DNA of 64,000 bases from Eledone cirrhosa (GCA_964016885.1 OZ024762.1:4712001-4776000); one strand, 5' to 3'. Positions 37,488-49,334 are shown, counted from the first letter of the stretch. Notes: generated from the sequence alone by a model not told the origin. Numbers and translations: made by a program.

Positions 37488-37889
37488 CTATAACAAAATA
37501 GCAAATAATATAATGTAATGTAATGTAAAGAAATGTATCTAAAAATATAAACAGGGTTAGGGTGTACTATAGGGGTGTATGTGGGGTATTTACTCGTTTA
37601 TCTGACAAATGTTTTATTGGAGGTGGAAGAAATAGTCAACTTGATGTTAATAAATTGACACAGAGAGAGGTTCAGAGAGATAGATATATATAGAGAGAGA
37701 CAGTCAAGCTGCATATATATATATATACATAATAATAATAATAAAAGTAATAAACGAAAGATCATCTCTATTTATTTCATAATATATATTTCGAAGATGT
37801 ATAGTTTTATGTATAACATAAAGCAAAATATGTCCCCCTCATATAAAATACATATAAAATGTATAATTTTTTTCCTGATATGCTGGTAG

Positions 37890-37920
<31 letters not shown>

Positions 37921-37923
37921 CAG

Positions 37924-37954
<31 letters not shown>

Positions 37955-37957
37955 CAG

Positions 37958-37992
<35 letters not shown>

Positions 37993-37995
37993 CAG

Positions 37996-38034
<39 letters not shown>

Positions 38035-38193
38035 TAGAGAGGGAGACTAAGACAGTGACAGAGGGATAGACAATGAGAGACATAGAGAGAGAGACACAGA
38101 GAGAGAAACAGTGAAAAAACATAGAGAAAGAGATAGACAGAGAGAGAGATAGTAAAAAAACAGAGTGAAAGGGAAAGAATCAGCAATAGAGGG

Positions 38194-38225
<32 letters not shown>

Positions 38226-38483
38226 TTCTATACGAGCAAGACACGGTCACCGGACTAATCTTGACACAAGTGGGACAATCCCGTCTAACCCATGCTAGCA
38301 TGGAAGATGGACATTAAACGATGATGATGATGATAGAGAGAGAGAGAAAGAGACAGACAGAGAAGACAGAGATACATAAAGGAGAGAAACAGTAAAAAAC
38401 TAGAGGGAGAGAAAGAGAGAAACCATGAAAAACAAAGAAACAATGACAAAGAAAGACATAGAGGGAGGGAGAGAGATACTTAC

Positions 38484-38564
38484 AGCTTCTCCAATATATT
38501 TAGAAAGGTTTAAACTCTGGATATCTTTGGTGAGGGATTCTTTCAGCGTCTCTGTTAAATTACG
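38484..38564 (-). CDS. UPF2: UPF2 coding exon 7 (RNLTETLKESLTKDIQSLNLSKYIGEA)
   Basis: LNLSKYI.E motif; TTTCAG| and GCT|GTAAGT; phase 0-0. Confidence 0.96.
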
Positions 38565-38621
38565 CTGAAATTTAAAAAATTTACCATTTATCAATATTTA
38601 AAAAAATATAATTTAGTAATA

Positions 38622-39298
38622 AATGGCTAAGTTTCAAAAAGCCAGAACAATGTGGTAGAAATATATAAAGAGTAAAGGATGACAAATAAAACAAAACAAT
38701 GTTTTACTCAGTATATTTCAACATAAGTGAAAGAATACAATTGCAAATACAAGCGGCCAAAATGGGGTTCCTCCAAAGGGTCTTTGGAGTAATGTTACTT
38801 GGTAGAGTGCGTAGAACAGAGAGCCACAACTTCTCCGAATTGAGAGATTACAGTTCCGATATTATGGGCATGTGGTTAGAATGTCTCAGGAAAGAATCGC
38901 TGGATAGATTTTACAGGCAAGCCCAACTAGCAGGAGACCTAGAGGTAGATCCCAAGCAAGATAGTTGGATAACATCCATGAGTTTGACTGGTCATGCTTT
39001 GGGATCCAGCCAGAGCAATTGGAGACAGTTGCTTCTGACAGGTCCCACTGGAGAGAGTGGTTAAGGACTCTGCTCCCACGACCCTCTCAGGAATAAGTGG
39101 ACGAAAAAGATATTTCAGGACTATTACCCTTTTTTCAAATGTAAAAATGAAAATGGTTTCTAAACAGAACCAAATGATCAATGTGTTCTTTCCCTAGGAA
39201 AGAACACATCGATCGTTCATTTTTGTTTTATTTCTCATCCTTTGCCGTTTATATATTTCTACCACATTGTACCGGCTTTCTGAAATTTATCAGTCATC
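38622..39298. mobile_element. Fold-back element with ~80-bp imperfect TIRs containing an RTE 3' fragment
   Basis: 38622-38701 is the imperfect reverse complement of 39218-39298. An internal RTE-like fragment spans about 38730-39100 (same family at 29230-29540, 33280-33580 and 45470-45700). Confidence 0.7.
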
Positions 39299-40304
39299 TA
39301 ATTATAATAATTTAGTAAATTAACAACAGTCTGGAAACCAAACAGCAACTTAGGCAAAATATAAAATTTAAAAAAAAATGATATTATTTGTTCCACACAC
39401 TAGAGCTGTGGTTCCCTACCTTTTCATTCCCAGAGATCCTTTTGATCAACAAATTCCCTGAACTATACTGTCTGATGCTCTACCAATTCTACCAATCTAC
39501 TGCCCCTGCTGGGATTTAATAACACAATAAACTCTTCTCTTCTTCAAACTTGTTTCATTTTTAAGTTGCTGTTTGGAACTTATGCATAAAATTATGGTGG
39601 AAGATTTAAAAATAAATATAAACCCTTTAAAACAGGGTAAAGGGTAAAGACCCCCTACGGTCATCAATGACCATGGGAACTGCACCTAGAAAGTTCTCCT
39701 CCAAGGCACAAGTCCAGGCAAGATTGTTTGTAGAAAACCAGCAGTTGCCCATGCACGCTAGTCTTCCCTCTGCATGCCAACGATGTTGTCCAAGGGAAAG
39801 GCAATGGCTGATACAGCTTGTCACCAGTAACATCGCAATTCATTTTTACAACTAAGTAAACTGGAGCAACGTGAAATAAAGTGTCTTGCTCAAAAACACA
39901 ACACAAAGCCTGGTCTGAGAATCAAACTCACAACCTCACAATGATCTAACCGCAAGCAGTTTTATATAATTACAACCAACAGGTGGTTTCAGGTGATTCC
40001 ATATCAAAAGGGTTAAAGCATTTTTATATTTATCTGAAAAAAATTTCCATCTTTATGATCTGAGTTCAAATCCCGCCGAGGTTAACTTTGCCTTTCATCC
40101 TTACAGGGTCGATAAAATAATGTACCAGTAATACACTGGGATAATTGCTGGCCTTGTGCCAAAAGTAGAAACAATTATTTTAAGACATTGATCACCTACC
40201 TGACTTGTTACATAAACCATGCAAGCAGTGAAAAGATGGACGTATGATGATGATGATGATGAATAACTAGAAAGAAAGAAAAAAGTAAAAAGAAAGCCAC
40301 TCAC

Positions 40305-40381
40305 CAGCTTCCTCACAAAAGCAGTATTTTTTCTGAGGTTAGAGTCCAACTTACTGAAAAATGTTTCATCTGGGCGATTCT
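40305..40381 (-). CDS. UPF2: UPF2 coding exon 6 (NRPDETFFSKLDSNLRKNTAFVRKL)
   Basis: Conserved start of MIF4G-1; TTCCAG| and CTG|GTGAGT; phase 1-0. Confidence 0.96.
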
Positions 40382-41147
40382 CTGGAAGTAGAAGTGGCAC
40401 ATGATTAGTGAGTGTGTGTGTGTACAGTTGCATGTGTATGTGTGTGTGTGTGTGTAGTTATATACATGTGTGCAGGTACATACATGTGTGTAGATCTGTA
40501 CGTGAGTGTAAAGATATATGTGTGTGTGTGAAGATATATACAAGTGTTTGTATGTGTCTGCGTGTTTGAGTCTGCATGTGTGTGTAGATATATGCATGCA
40601 TGTGAGTGTATGTATAGACACATATATATGTGGGTATGTGTGTAGATATATATATTTATATATATATATATCCATCATTGTTTAAAGTCCAATTTCCAAG
40701 CTAGCATGGGTTATATAGGTTGTTTCATTAGAGGCAAGTTGTGTCAGGTGACCATGTCTTACTCATATAGAAGTTTCTTGCTTGGTTTCTATGGCTGGAT
40801 ACCCTTCCTAATGCCAACCACTTTACAGAGTGTGCTGGGTACTTTTATCGTGACTCCTACTCAACCACCTTACAGTGTGGGTTGGGTGCTTTTATTGTGA
40901 CTCCTACACAACCAATTTACAGTGTGGGCTGGGTGCTTTTTATCATGAGACCTACACAACCACCTTACAGTGTGGGCTGGGTGCTTTTGTCAGGAGACCG
41001 ACACAAGCAATTTATAGTGTTGGCTGAGTGCTTTTGTCGTGACACCTACATGACCACTTTATGTATGTATGTGTGTGTGTGTGAAGATATACACATATGT
41101 AAGTGGGTGCATGTGTGTAGATACAAGTCAACATAATATATACTCAC

Positions 41148-41232
41148 CTGAGGCATTCAGATTCTTGCCTCGTAATTCATTCTTCTGTTCCAGTCTCTCT
41201 TTCACCTCTTGTATATAATCTTGGATTGTCCT
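41148..41232 (-). CDS. UPF2: UPF2 coding exon 5 (RTIQDYIQEVKERLEQKNELRGKNLNAS)
   Basis: TTTCAG| acceptor, CAG|GTGAGT donor, phase 0-1; ELR.KN motif precedes MIF4G-1. Confidence 0.92.
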
Positions 41233-42062
41233 CTGAAACCCATCAAAGATACAATTATTGTATGTCTCTGTTTCTGCATGCGTTTAAACAGAATAAACGC
41301 ACACAAATACATGCGCAAACAGAGACAACAATAAATAAATTAAATAAGAAAACATTACAGGAATACAACAGGAGGAAACAGAAACATCGCTGATGATGTC
41401 ACAGATATGTGTGATGAAAGAACTCTGAGAAACTACCCCTATATTTATATTTTTTAAATGATAAACATTGATTGCCAGTTGAATAGACCAAGAAAAACCT
41501 GGGACGAGGTGATAAAAACTGACCTTGCCAACCTACACCTCTCTAAGACAATGACACTGGATCGAGACCTTTGGTGCCATGCAGTTGTACAGAAGACCCG
41601 ACTACCATTGCATACAAACCTACAGTCAGTAGGCACCTCTTAACCCAATGAACACCCTACCCCATCTCCCTCTCCCGTTCTGTCCACCCTGTCGATGACA
41701 CAACAGTCCACACTGTAAGGTGGCCGTATAGGAGACACGGTGAAAAGGCTCCCAGTCCACACTGAAAATGTGTTTGGTGTTAGGAAGGGCATCCATCTGT
41801 AAGAAACCTGCCAGAGGCACTTCCGTCCACTTTACAGTGTGGGCTGGGTGCTTTTTTGGTGTGGCACCTCCACGTCCACTTTACAGTGGAATGATAGGGA
41901 CCCCAGTCCCTATCATCTCATTTCTACAGCTGAGTAAACTGGAGCAATGTGAAATAAAGTGTCTTGCTCAAGGAAACAACACATCACCCAGTCTGAGAAT
42001 TGAACTCACAACCTTTCGATTGCAAGGCCAATGCTCTAACCACTAAGCCATGTACCTCCATG

Positions 42063-42102
<40 letters not shown>

Positions 42103-42126
42103 TATATATAATGTAAATTAACCTAC

Positions 42127-42168
42127 CAGTTCCTCTTGAATCTGAGCTTCTTCGGCTTCTTTCTTTTT
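42127..42168 (-). CDS. UPF2: UPF2 coding exon 4 (KKKEAEEAQIQEEL)
   Basis: TTTTTCAG| acceptor, CTG|GTAGGT donor, 42 nt, phase 0-0, continues the coiled coil. Confidence 0.8.
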
Positions 42169-42232
42169 CTGAAAAATATATGTTAAGAACATAAGTTAGA
42201 ATATCAGTACTAAAATAATAAATAAGTCTGTG

Positions 42233-42760
42233 ACACATATACACCAAGTCCGAACACAAAGGAACCAAACTCCCACTGTCACTGCCTCCGTCTCTCCCGC
42301 TCTCCCCATCTCTCACATATACACCAAGTCCGAACACAAAGGAACCAAACTCCCACTGTCACTGCCTCCGTCTCTCTCGCTCTCCCCTTCTCTCACATAT
42401 ACACCAAGTCCGAACACAAAGGAACCAAACTCCCACTGTCACTGCCTCCGTCTCTCCCGCTCTCCCCATCTCTCACATATACACCAAGTCCGAACACAAA
42501 GGAACCAAACTCCCACTGTCACTGCCTCCGTCTCTCCTGCTCTCCCCTTCTCTCTGTATTGTGAGCAAATAGGGGTCCATGCACTGACCGTCCCCGCGGC
42601 CCTGACAGACAGAATAGAGAAGACGTTTCTCTGGAGGATGGTGAGGAAGATGCACTGGAAGAGCCATTCCAGCTCACGAGACTCACACCTGCGGGTAGCC
42701 AACTCTGAGCCGATGGTGGTGAGTAGGGAGATAGCGAAGGTCACCAGAAATCACAAGAAG
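42233..42760 (-). mobile_element. 3' end of an RLE-type (CRE-like) non-LTR retrotransposon with 4 x 80-bp tandem 3' repeats
   Basis: LLTTIGSELATRRCESRELEWLFQCIFLTILQRNVFSILS resembles the C-terminal L.QR.S.AIQRGNA..IL segment of RLE elements; ACACCAAGTC recurs at 42241, 42321, 42401 and 42481. Confidence 0.75.
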
Positions 42761-42930
42761 AGTGTGTTGGGGTCATAACATCCCTTTCAGTTCTGATTGT
42801 GAAGGTGTGTGGCCTAATGTTTAGGGTGTTGGGGTCATAAAATTTGGGGTGTGGAGTCCCACCCAAATAACGAGTAATGTGGCCTACTATTTTTAGGCCT
42901 CCAGAGAAATGACAAAAATGTACAACTGAC

Positions 42931-43120
42931 CCGCAGAAGTTCCTCTTGTAGACGTATCTCTTCCTCTTGCTTCTTTTTCTCTTCTTCCAGTTTCCTCTTT
43001 TCCTCCTCTTCCTTTTGCCAGAGGGCCTCAAGTTCAGCAGCTGACTTCATTTCAACACTCCGAGTTTCCTTGCCTGCTTTCAGTGGACTGTAGGCAGCAC
43101 CGCTCAGACTGCCGACACCC
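42931..43120 (-). CDS. UPF2: UPF2 coding exon 3 (GVGSLSG...EEEEKRKLEEEKKKQEEEIRLQEELLR)
   Basis: GACAG| acceptor, CGG|GTCAGT donor; E/K-rich coiled coil typical of the UPF2 N-terminus; phase 2-0. Confidence 0.88.
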
Positions 43121-43230
43121 CTGTCCAACACAAACACCCACAGAATGAGAACACAAAAACAAAAATAAATAATAAACACTCATTAACGGATAAATTATCA
43201 TGACAATCCAATTAGTGATTGATTAATTAT

Positions 43231-43557
43231 TTCATTACTATATTTCTAATGAAAGACACTGCCTATGATTTTCAAAGAATTTTCAAATAATTGTGAAAAT
43301 AATCAAGAATTTAGTATCAAACCATCTAAACCTGCCCCTGAGTCTATGATACAAAGCTTTATTTTAAAGTGTTTATATTTACCAAAAACCCTGTCATCCT
43401 AATACTATGTAAGAACCTTTGTTAACTTATATTCCAAACATCAGATTTATGAGAAAGTTAGATTACTAAATCCCTTTGTATTTTTGATAATTTAAAAAAG
43501 ATTATTTGGAAATCTTAGGCAGTGTCTTTCATTAGAAATATGGTAATGAAAAGGTTA
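43231..43557. mobile_element. MITE with ~34-bp TIRs
   Basis: TTCATTACTATATTTCTAATGAAAGACACTGCCT / AGGCAGTGTCTTTCATTAGAAATATGGTAATGAA. Confidence 0.8.
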
Positions 43558-44224
43558 TGCTGGTTTTTAAAGCATAACTTGAAGGTTCTAAAATTATTAT
43601 GCAAAAGCACCCAGCACACACTGTAAGGTGGTCATGTAGGTGACATGACAAAAGTATCCAGTCCACTCTGTAAGGTGGTCATGTTGGTGACATGACAAAA
43701 AGCACCCAGTGCACACTGTAAAGTGGTTTGTGTTAAGAAAGGCATCCAGCTGTAGAAACTAAGCCAAAATACACAAACCATCTTACAGTGTGGACTGGGT
43801 GCTTTTTGTCATGTCACCAACATGGCCACCTTACAGTGTGGACTGGGTCCTTTTTGTCATATCACCAACACGACCACCTTACAGAGTGGACTGGGTACTT
43901 TTGACATGTCACCTTCATGGCAACCTTATAGGGTGTACTGGGTGCTTCTTGTCATGTCACCTACATGTTTTGCTCAAGAACACAACAGTCTAGGAATTGA
44001 ACCTACATTATGATCGTAAGTACAACACTGTTACCACTAGGCCATGTATGGGTGTATTTTATAATTGTGTGGACACCAAAGGAGCTGTCATATCCTTGAT
44101 GTGACTTAAGAAACCTTTCAACCCTTTGCTTGGCATAGTTTCTATGGCTGGATGTCCTTAACACCAACTTGGTTTTTTGATCACTGTACCAACACCAGAG
44201 AAGCTATCATGTCCTTGATGTGGC

Positions 44225-44453
44225 TTAACCCTTTAGCATTTACATTACTCTATATTTACTATTGTATTCTTGTGGTAAAGGCTTTACCTCACATAATTAT
44301 CCCACATAATATGGAATCTATGAGATTTTGATATTATTTATTTTGAGAACAATACCTTAAAGTCGGTATGAGTGGCCAGTTAAGGCTGATTTGAACAGAA
44401 AGAAGTGAGAGAATTCTGGCTGGATATGGCCAGTTTAAATGCTAAAGGGTTAA
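44225..44453. mobile_element. piggyBac-type MITE with demonstrable TTAA target duplication
   Basis: TTAA-CCCTTTAGCATTTA...TAAATGCTAAAGGG-TTAA; an empty-site paralog lies at about 44094-44125. Confidence 0.9.
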
Positions 44454-44994
44454 GAAACCTTTCAGCCCTTTGGTATGGTTTCTATGGCTGGATGCCATTC
44501 TTAACACAGAGTTAGATGTCCTTCTTAGTCCTCTAAGTCTAAAGTCTGTTGCGAGCCCAGAGGCTCGTCAGGTTCATGCTTACCCTGGTTTCCATAGCAT
44601 TAAGTGACTGGGAGTACAAGACTTCCACTGGATAGCATGCCAGTCCATTGCAGAGTTAAACTCACAGCTACTGCTGCTACTCATTTTCAGCTGAGTATAC
44701 TAGAGCAAAGTGAAATGAAATGTTTTGCTCAAGAACACAACAGTCTAGGAATTGAACCTACAACATTATGAGCGTAAGTACAACACTGTTACCACTAGGC
44801 CATGTATTTTATGATGGCACAACATTTGGCAAGGTTTTTACAGCATATATTAGAAGTTCTAAGATAAATTTAACATAAGATTATGAAGTTGTCAACTGTC
44901 TGAAAATGTCGAAGACAACAGAATAACAAGGAAGAAAGTAATTCCAACTTTATAGAAACAAACATAAACAAACTATAGTGAAATACAATAAGGA

Positions 44995-45028
<34 letters not shown>

Positions 45029-45792
45029 AAAGAACAGAAACTTAGAAGGTAACAACAATAAAACCTGATTCTTACCTGAAGAAGTTCAAAAAACTAAAGA
45101 AATAGAAGTGGTACAATGTCTTTGGTGAGACTGAGAATAGATTCTCTGAGGATTTGTGTAGAGATATGAAAAGGATAAACATGATGGTGAGAGAAATAGC
45201 TACATATAGGGCAGAGGTGATGAGAGAAATAGCTATGTAGAGGGAAGAGGTGATGAGAGAAATAGCTATATAGAGAGAAGTATATAAATGCAACTGGTAG
45301 ATAGTATCAGCAATGGAAAGACGAATGGAAACATTGTTTCCTGGTCCATTTTGGTGAGTTCCATCCCACTCAGTAAGTGAATGAACTCTGGGATTTTGTC
45401 AATCAATCTTTCCTTTCCATAAATGCCAGTCACTGCAAACATAACACACTTCTTCTTCTTCTTTGCTCACTTATTCCTGGGAAGGTCAAATACGCCTTCC
45501 AGTGGGTCCTGTCAGAAACAACTGTCTCCAACTGATCTGACTGGATCCTGAAACCTGACCAGCCAAATTCATGGATGTTATCCTACCAGCTTGCTTGGGG
45601 TCAACCTTTGGGGCTCCTGCCAGGTAGATTTTGCCCATAAATTCATCCAGCAATTCTTTCCTTAAACATTCTGAGCACATGACCCTAATTCGGAGATGTA
45701 GTGACTATCTGCAGAGACTCTCTGAGCTATACCCCCTATTGTTGTTTATGTCCCCCATAAATAATACATCCAACAGTTTAGTTGTTTGCCTC

Positions 45793-47150
45793 CAGCCCAC
45801 ACTGTAAAGTGGTCATGTAGGTGTCACAACAAAAAGTACCCAGCCCACACTGTAAAGTGGCCTTGTAGGTGTCACAACAAAAAGTACCCAGCCCACACTG
45901 TAAAGTGGCCGTGTAGGTGTCACAACAAAAAGTACCCAGCCCACACTGTAAAGTGGCCGTGTAGGTGTCACAACAAAAAGTACCCAGCCCACACTGTAAA
46001 GTGGCCTTGTAGGTGTCACAACAAAAAGTACCCAGCCCACACTGTAAAGTGGCCGTGTAGGTGTCACAACAAAAAGTACCCAGCCCACACTGTAAAGTGG
46101 CCGTGTAGGTGTCACAACAAAAAGTACCCAGCCCACACTGTAAAGTGGCCTTGTAGGTGTCACAACAAAAAGTACCCAGCCCACACTGTAAAGTGGCCGT
46201 GTAGGTGTCACAACAAAAAGTACCCAGCCCACACTGTAAAGTGGCCTTGTAGGTGTCACAACAAAAAGTACCCAGCCCACACTGTAAAGTGGCCTTGTAG
46301 GTGTCACAACAAAAAGTACCCAGCCCACACTGTAAAGTGGCCGTGTAGGTGTCACAACAAAAAGTACCCAGCCCACACTGTAAAGTGGCCGTGTAGGTGT
46401 CACAACAAAAAGTACCCAGCCCACACTGTAAAGTGGCCTTGTAGGTGTCACAACAAAAAGTACCCAGCCCACACTGTAAAGTGGCCTTGTAGGTGTCACA
46501 ACAAAAAGTACCCAGCCCACACTGTAAAGTGGCCGTGTAGGTGTCACAACAAAAAGTACCCAGCCCACACTGTAAAGTGGCCGTGTAGGTGTCACAACAA
46601 AAAGTACCCAGCCCACACTGTAAAGTGGCCGTGTAGGTGTCACAACAAAAAGTACCCAGCCCACACTGTAAAGTGGCCTTGTAGGTGTCACAACAAAAAG
46701 TACCCAGCCCACACTGTAAAGTGGCCGTGTAGGTGTCACAACAAAAAGTACCCAGCCCACACTGTAAAGTGGCCTTGTAGGTGTCACAACAAAAAGTACC
46801 CAGCCCACACTGTAAAGTGGCCGTGTAGGTGTCACAACAAAAAGTACCCAGCCCACACTGTAAAGTGGCCTTGTAGGTGTCACAACAAAAAGTACCCAGC
46901 CCACACTGTAAAGTGGCCTTGTAGGTGTCACAACAAAAAGTACCCAGCCCACACTGTAAAGTGGCCGTGTAGGTGTCACAACAAAAAGTACCCAGCCCAC
47001 ACTGTAAAGTGGCCTTGTAGGTGTCACAACAAAAAGTACCCAGCCCACACTGTAAAGTGGCCGTGTAGGTATCACGACAAAAAGTACCAAGTTCACACTG
47101 TAAAGTGGTCATGTAGGAATCATGACAAAAAGCACCCAACACACACTGTA
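45793..47150. repeat. 48-bp minisatellite, about 28 copies, continuous with a SINE 3' half (47150-47310)
   Basis: Unit CAGCCCACACTGTAAAGTGGCC(G/T)TGTAGGTGTCACAACAAAAAGTACC. Confidence 0.97.
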
Positions 47151-48395
47151 AATGAGGTTGGCGCTAGGAAGAGCATCCAGCTGTAGAAACCAAGCCAAAT
47201 TCGGTTCTGTATGAGCAAGACATGGTCACCTGACCTGGCATTGCTCACAACAGGACAACTCATCTAACCCATGCCAGCGTGGAAACATGGATATAATGGT
47301 GATGAGGATGACAGACACTAGTGGTATATACCAAACTTAGAGTAATGTAGGAGTTGGTATCAAGAAGGGCATCCTGCTGTGGGAATCCTCCCAGAAAGGG
47401 GTCTTGTCATGACCATGCAAACAAGGAAAAACAGATGATGATGATGACAGCAATGATTTCATGAAGGTGATGTTGATGATAATGATGGTGGTGGTGGTGA
47501 TACCATGACAATGACGATATTGATATGATGATCCTGTTGTTAGGAACATGATGATGATGACGAATACGATTATCATCATCATCATCATCATCTAACATCC
47601 ACTTTCCCTGCTAGCAAGGGTTGGACAGGTCAACTTGGCCCAAGTCATCATCATCATCAACGTTTAACGTCCGTGTTCCACGCTTGCATGGGTTTGGACG
47701 GGGGTTTTCCCACTTGAGGCAAGAGTGATTGTCTTGCTCACATAGGACTGTCTGGCGGGTTTTCTACAGTTGGATGCCCTTCCTAACACCAACCACATTT
47801 ACAGTGTGGGGCTGGGAGGTTTTTACCGTGTTGCCTACACGGCCACATTACAGCGTGGACTGTGTGTTTTTTTGTCGTGACACCTACACGATCTCATTTG
47901 TTTCGGCCTGGATGGTGTGAAGTCAGTACTGAAGAAGAGCTACCGACCTCCCAGACAGGCCAAGGGGTCTGCACCCTGCTTACATATGGTCATACGTTCT
48001 ATCAAGTACAGAATATCATAATGGTTGATGTTAACGATGATGATGATCATATGATGACAATGATGATTTCTACTTTAGGCACAAGGCCAACAATTTGGGG
48101 GAGGGGGTAGTCGATTAAATGGACCCCAGTGCGTTACTGGTACTTTATTTTATCGACCCCCGTAATAATGAAAGGCAAAACTAGCCTCGGCGGAATTTGA
48201 ACTCACAACGTAAAGGGACGTAACTCTATGCTGCAAAGCATGATGTCCGACGCTCTACCAATATTGCCAATCCCCCCGCCCTGATACAATTTGATGACAA
48301 TAATGATGTGATAGCGATAATGATATGATGATATGATGATGATGATGATGATGATATGATGATGATGATGATATGAATATGAGACAGTACTTTAC

Positions 48396-48497
48396 CCTTT
48401 ATTTCCTTTGCGGTCAGATTTCTCCTTCAATTTCACATCTTTCTTATCACCAATCATAGACGTTTTGTAGTGGTTAGTTTTACCATCTACATCATTG
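48396..48497 (-). CDS. UPF2: UPF2 coding exon 2 (NDVDGKTNHYK...RKGNK)
   Basis: TATTTCAG| acceptor, GG|GTAAAG donor, 102 nt, phase 2-2, open frame. Confidence 0.75.
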
Positions 48498-48839
48498 CTG
48501 AAATATAACATAAGCAGTGTATAAAACAAATATATATACACACCTTTCCATACACCCCACCCACTCCTACACCACCCACTTCTGTCCTGAAGGGCAACCA
48601 GCCATAGAAATCTAGCCAAAATCAGTTCTGTGTGAGCGAATCATGGTCCCCTGACCAGATTTCTATCAAAGGGATAGCTTGTCCTACCCATGCTAGTGTG
48701 GAAGATGGACGTTAAATGATGATGATGATGATATATATATATATATATATATCAGAGAGGGTGTGGTAAGATACCAGGTGGACCATAACGCACCAGAGTA
48801 CTCAATACTTAGGGTAGTAGAGTGGGTAATGTGAAAAGA

Positions 48840-48941
48840 TTCAGGACCCCAACGGCTGAGCTCCAACCATTTCGACAGCTAGATCCGAACAGTTTGGATC
48901 TAGCTGTTGAAATGGCGGGAGCTCAGCCGTCGGGGTCCTGA
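48840..48941. repeat. ~100-bp near-perfect GC-rich hairpin
   Basis: TTCAGGACCCC...GATCCGAAC A GTTTGGATC...GGGGTCCTGAA; a related half copy lies at 54603-54652. Confidence 0.88.
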
Positions 48942-48962
48942 ATGTTTTCATATATGTGTGTG

Positions 48963-49001
<39 letters not shown>

Positions 49002-49053
49002 CTGTCTGTATAATACATATACAGACAGTCATTGCTGAAATATAACATAAGCA

Positions 49054-49137
<84 letters not shown>

Positions 49138-49293
49138 ATAATAATAAATATGAAGACTAAAATCCAAAGAGGGCTCGATAAGGATAAATATATATCAAAT
49201 ATATAAGAACCGTAGAGCAAATATTTATTAAAATAACAGATTAAAGTTTAAGCAAAGAATCGCTGCTTTCACCCTTAACGGGATCTTCTGAAA

Positions 49294-49334
<41 letters not shown>

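Noticed and set aside
45778-47186. Three long ORFs (454, 466 and 427 aa) with 16-residue Cys/His-rich repeats
   Set aside because: They result from a 48-bp (multiple of 3) SINE-derived minisatellite open in several frames on both strands inside an intron. No evidence of a protein.
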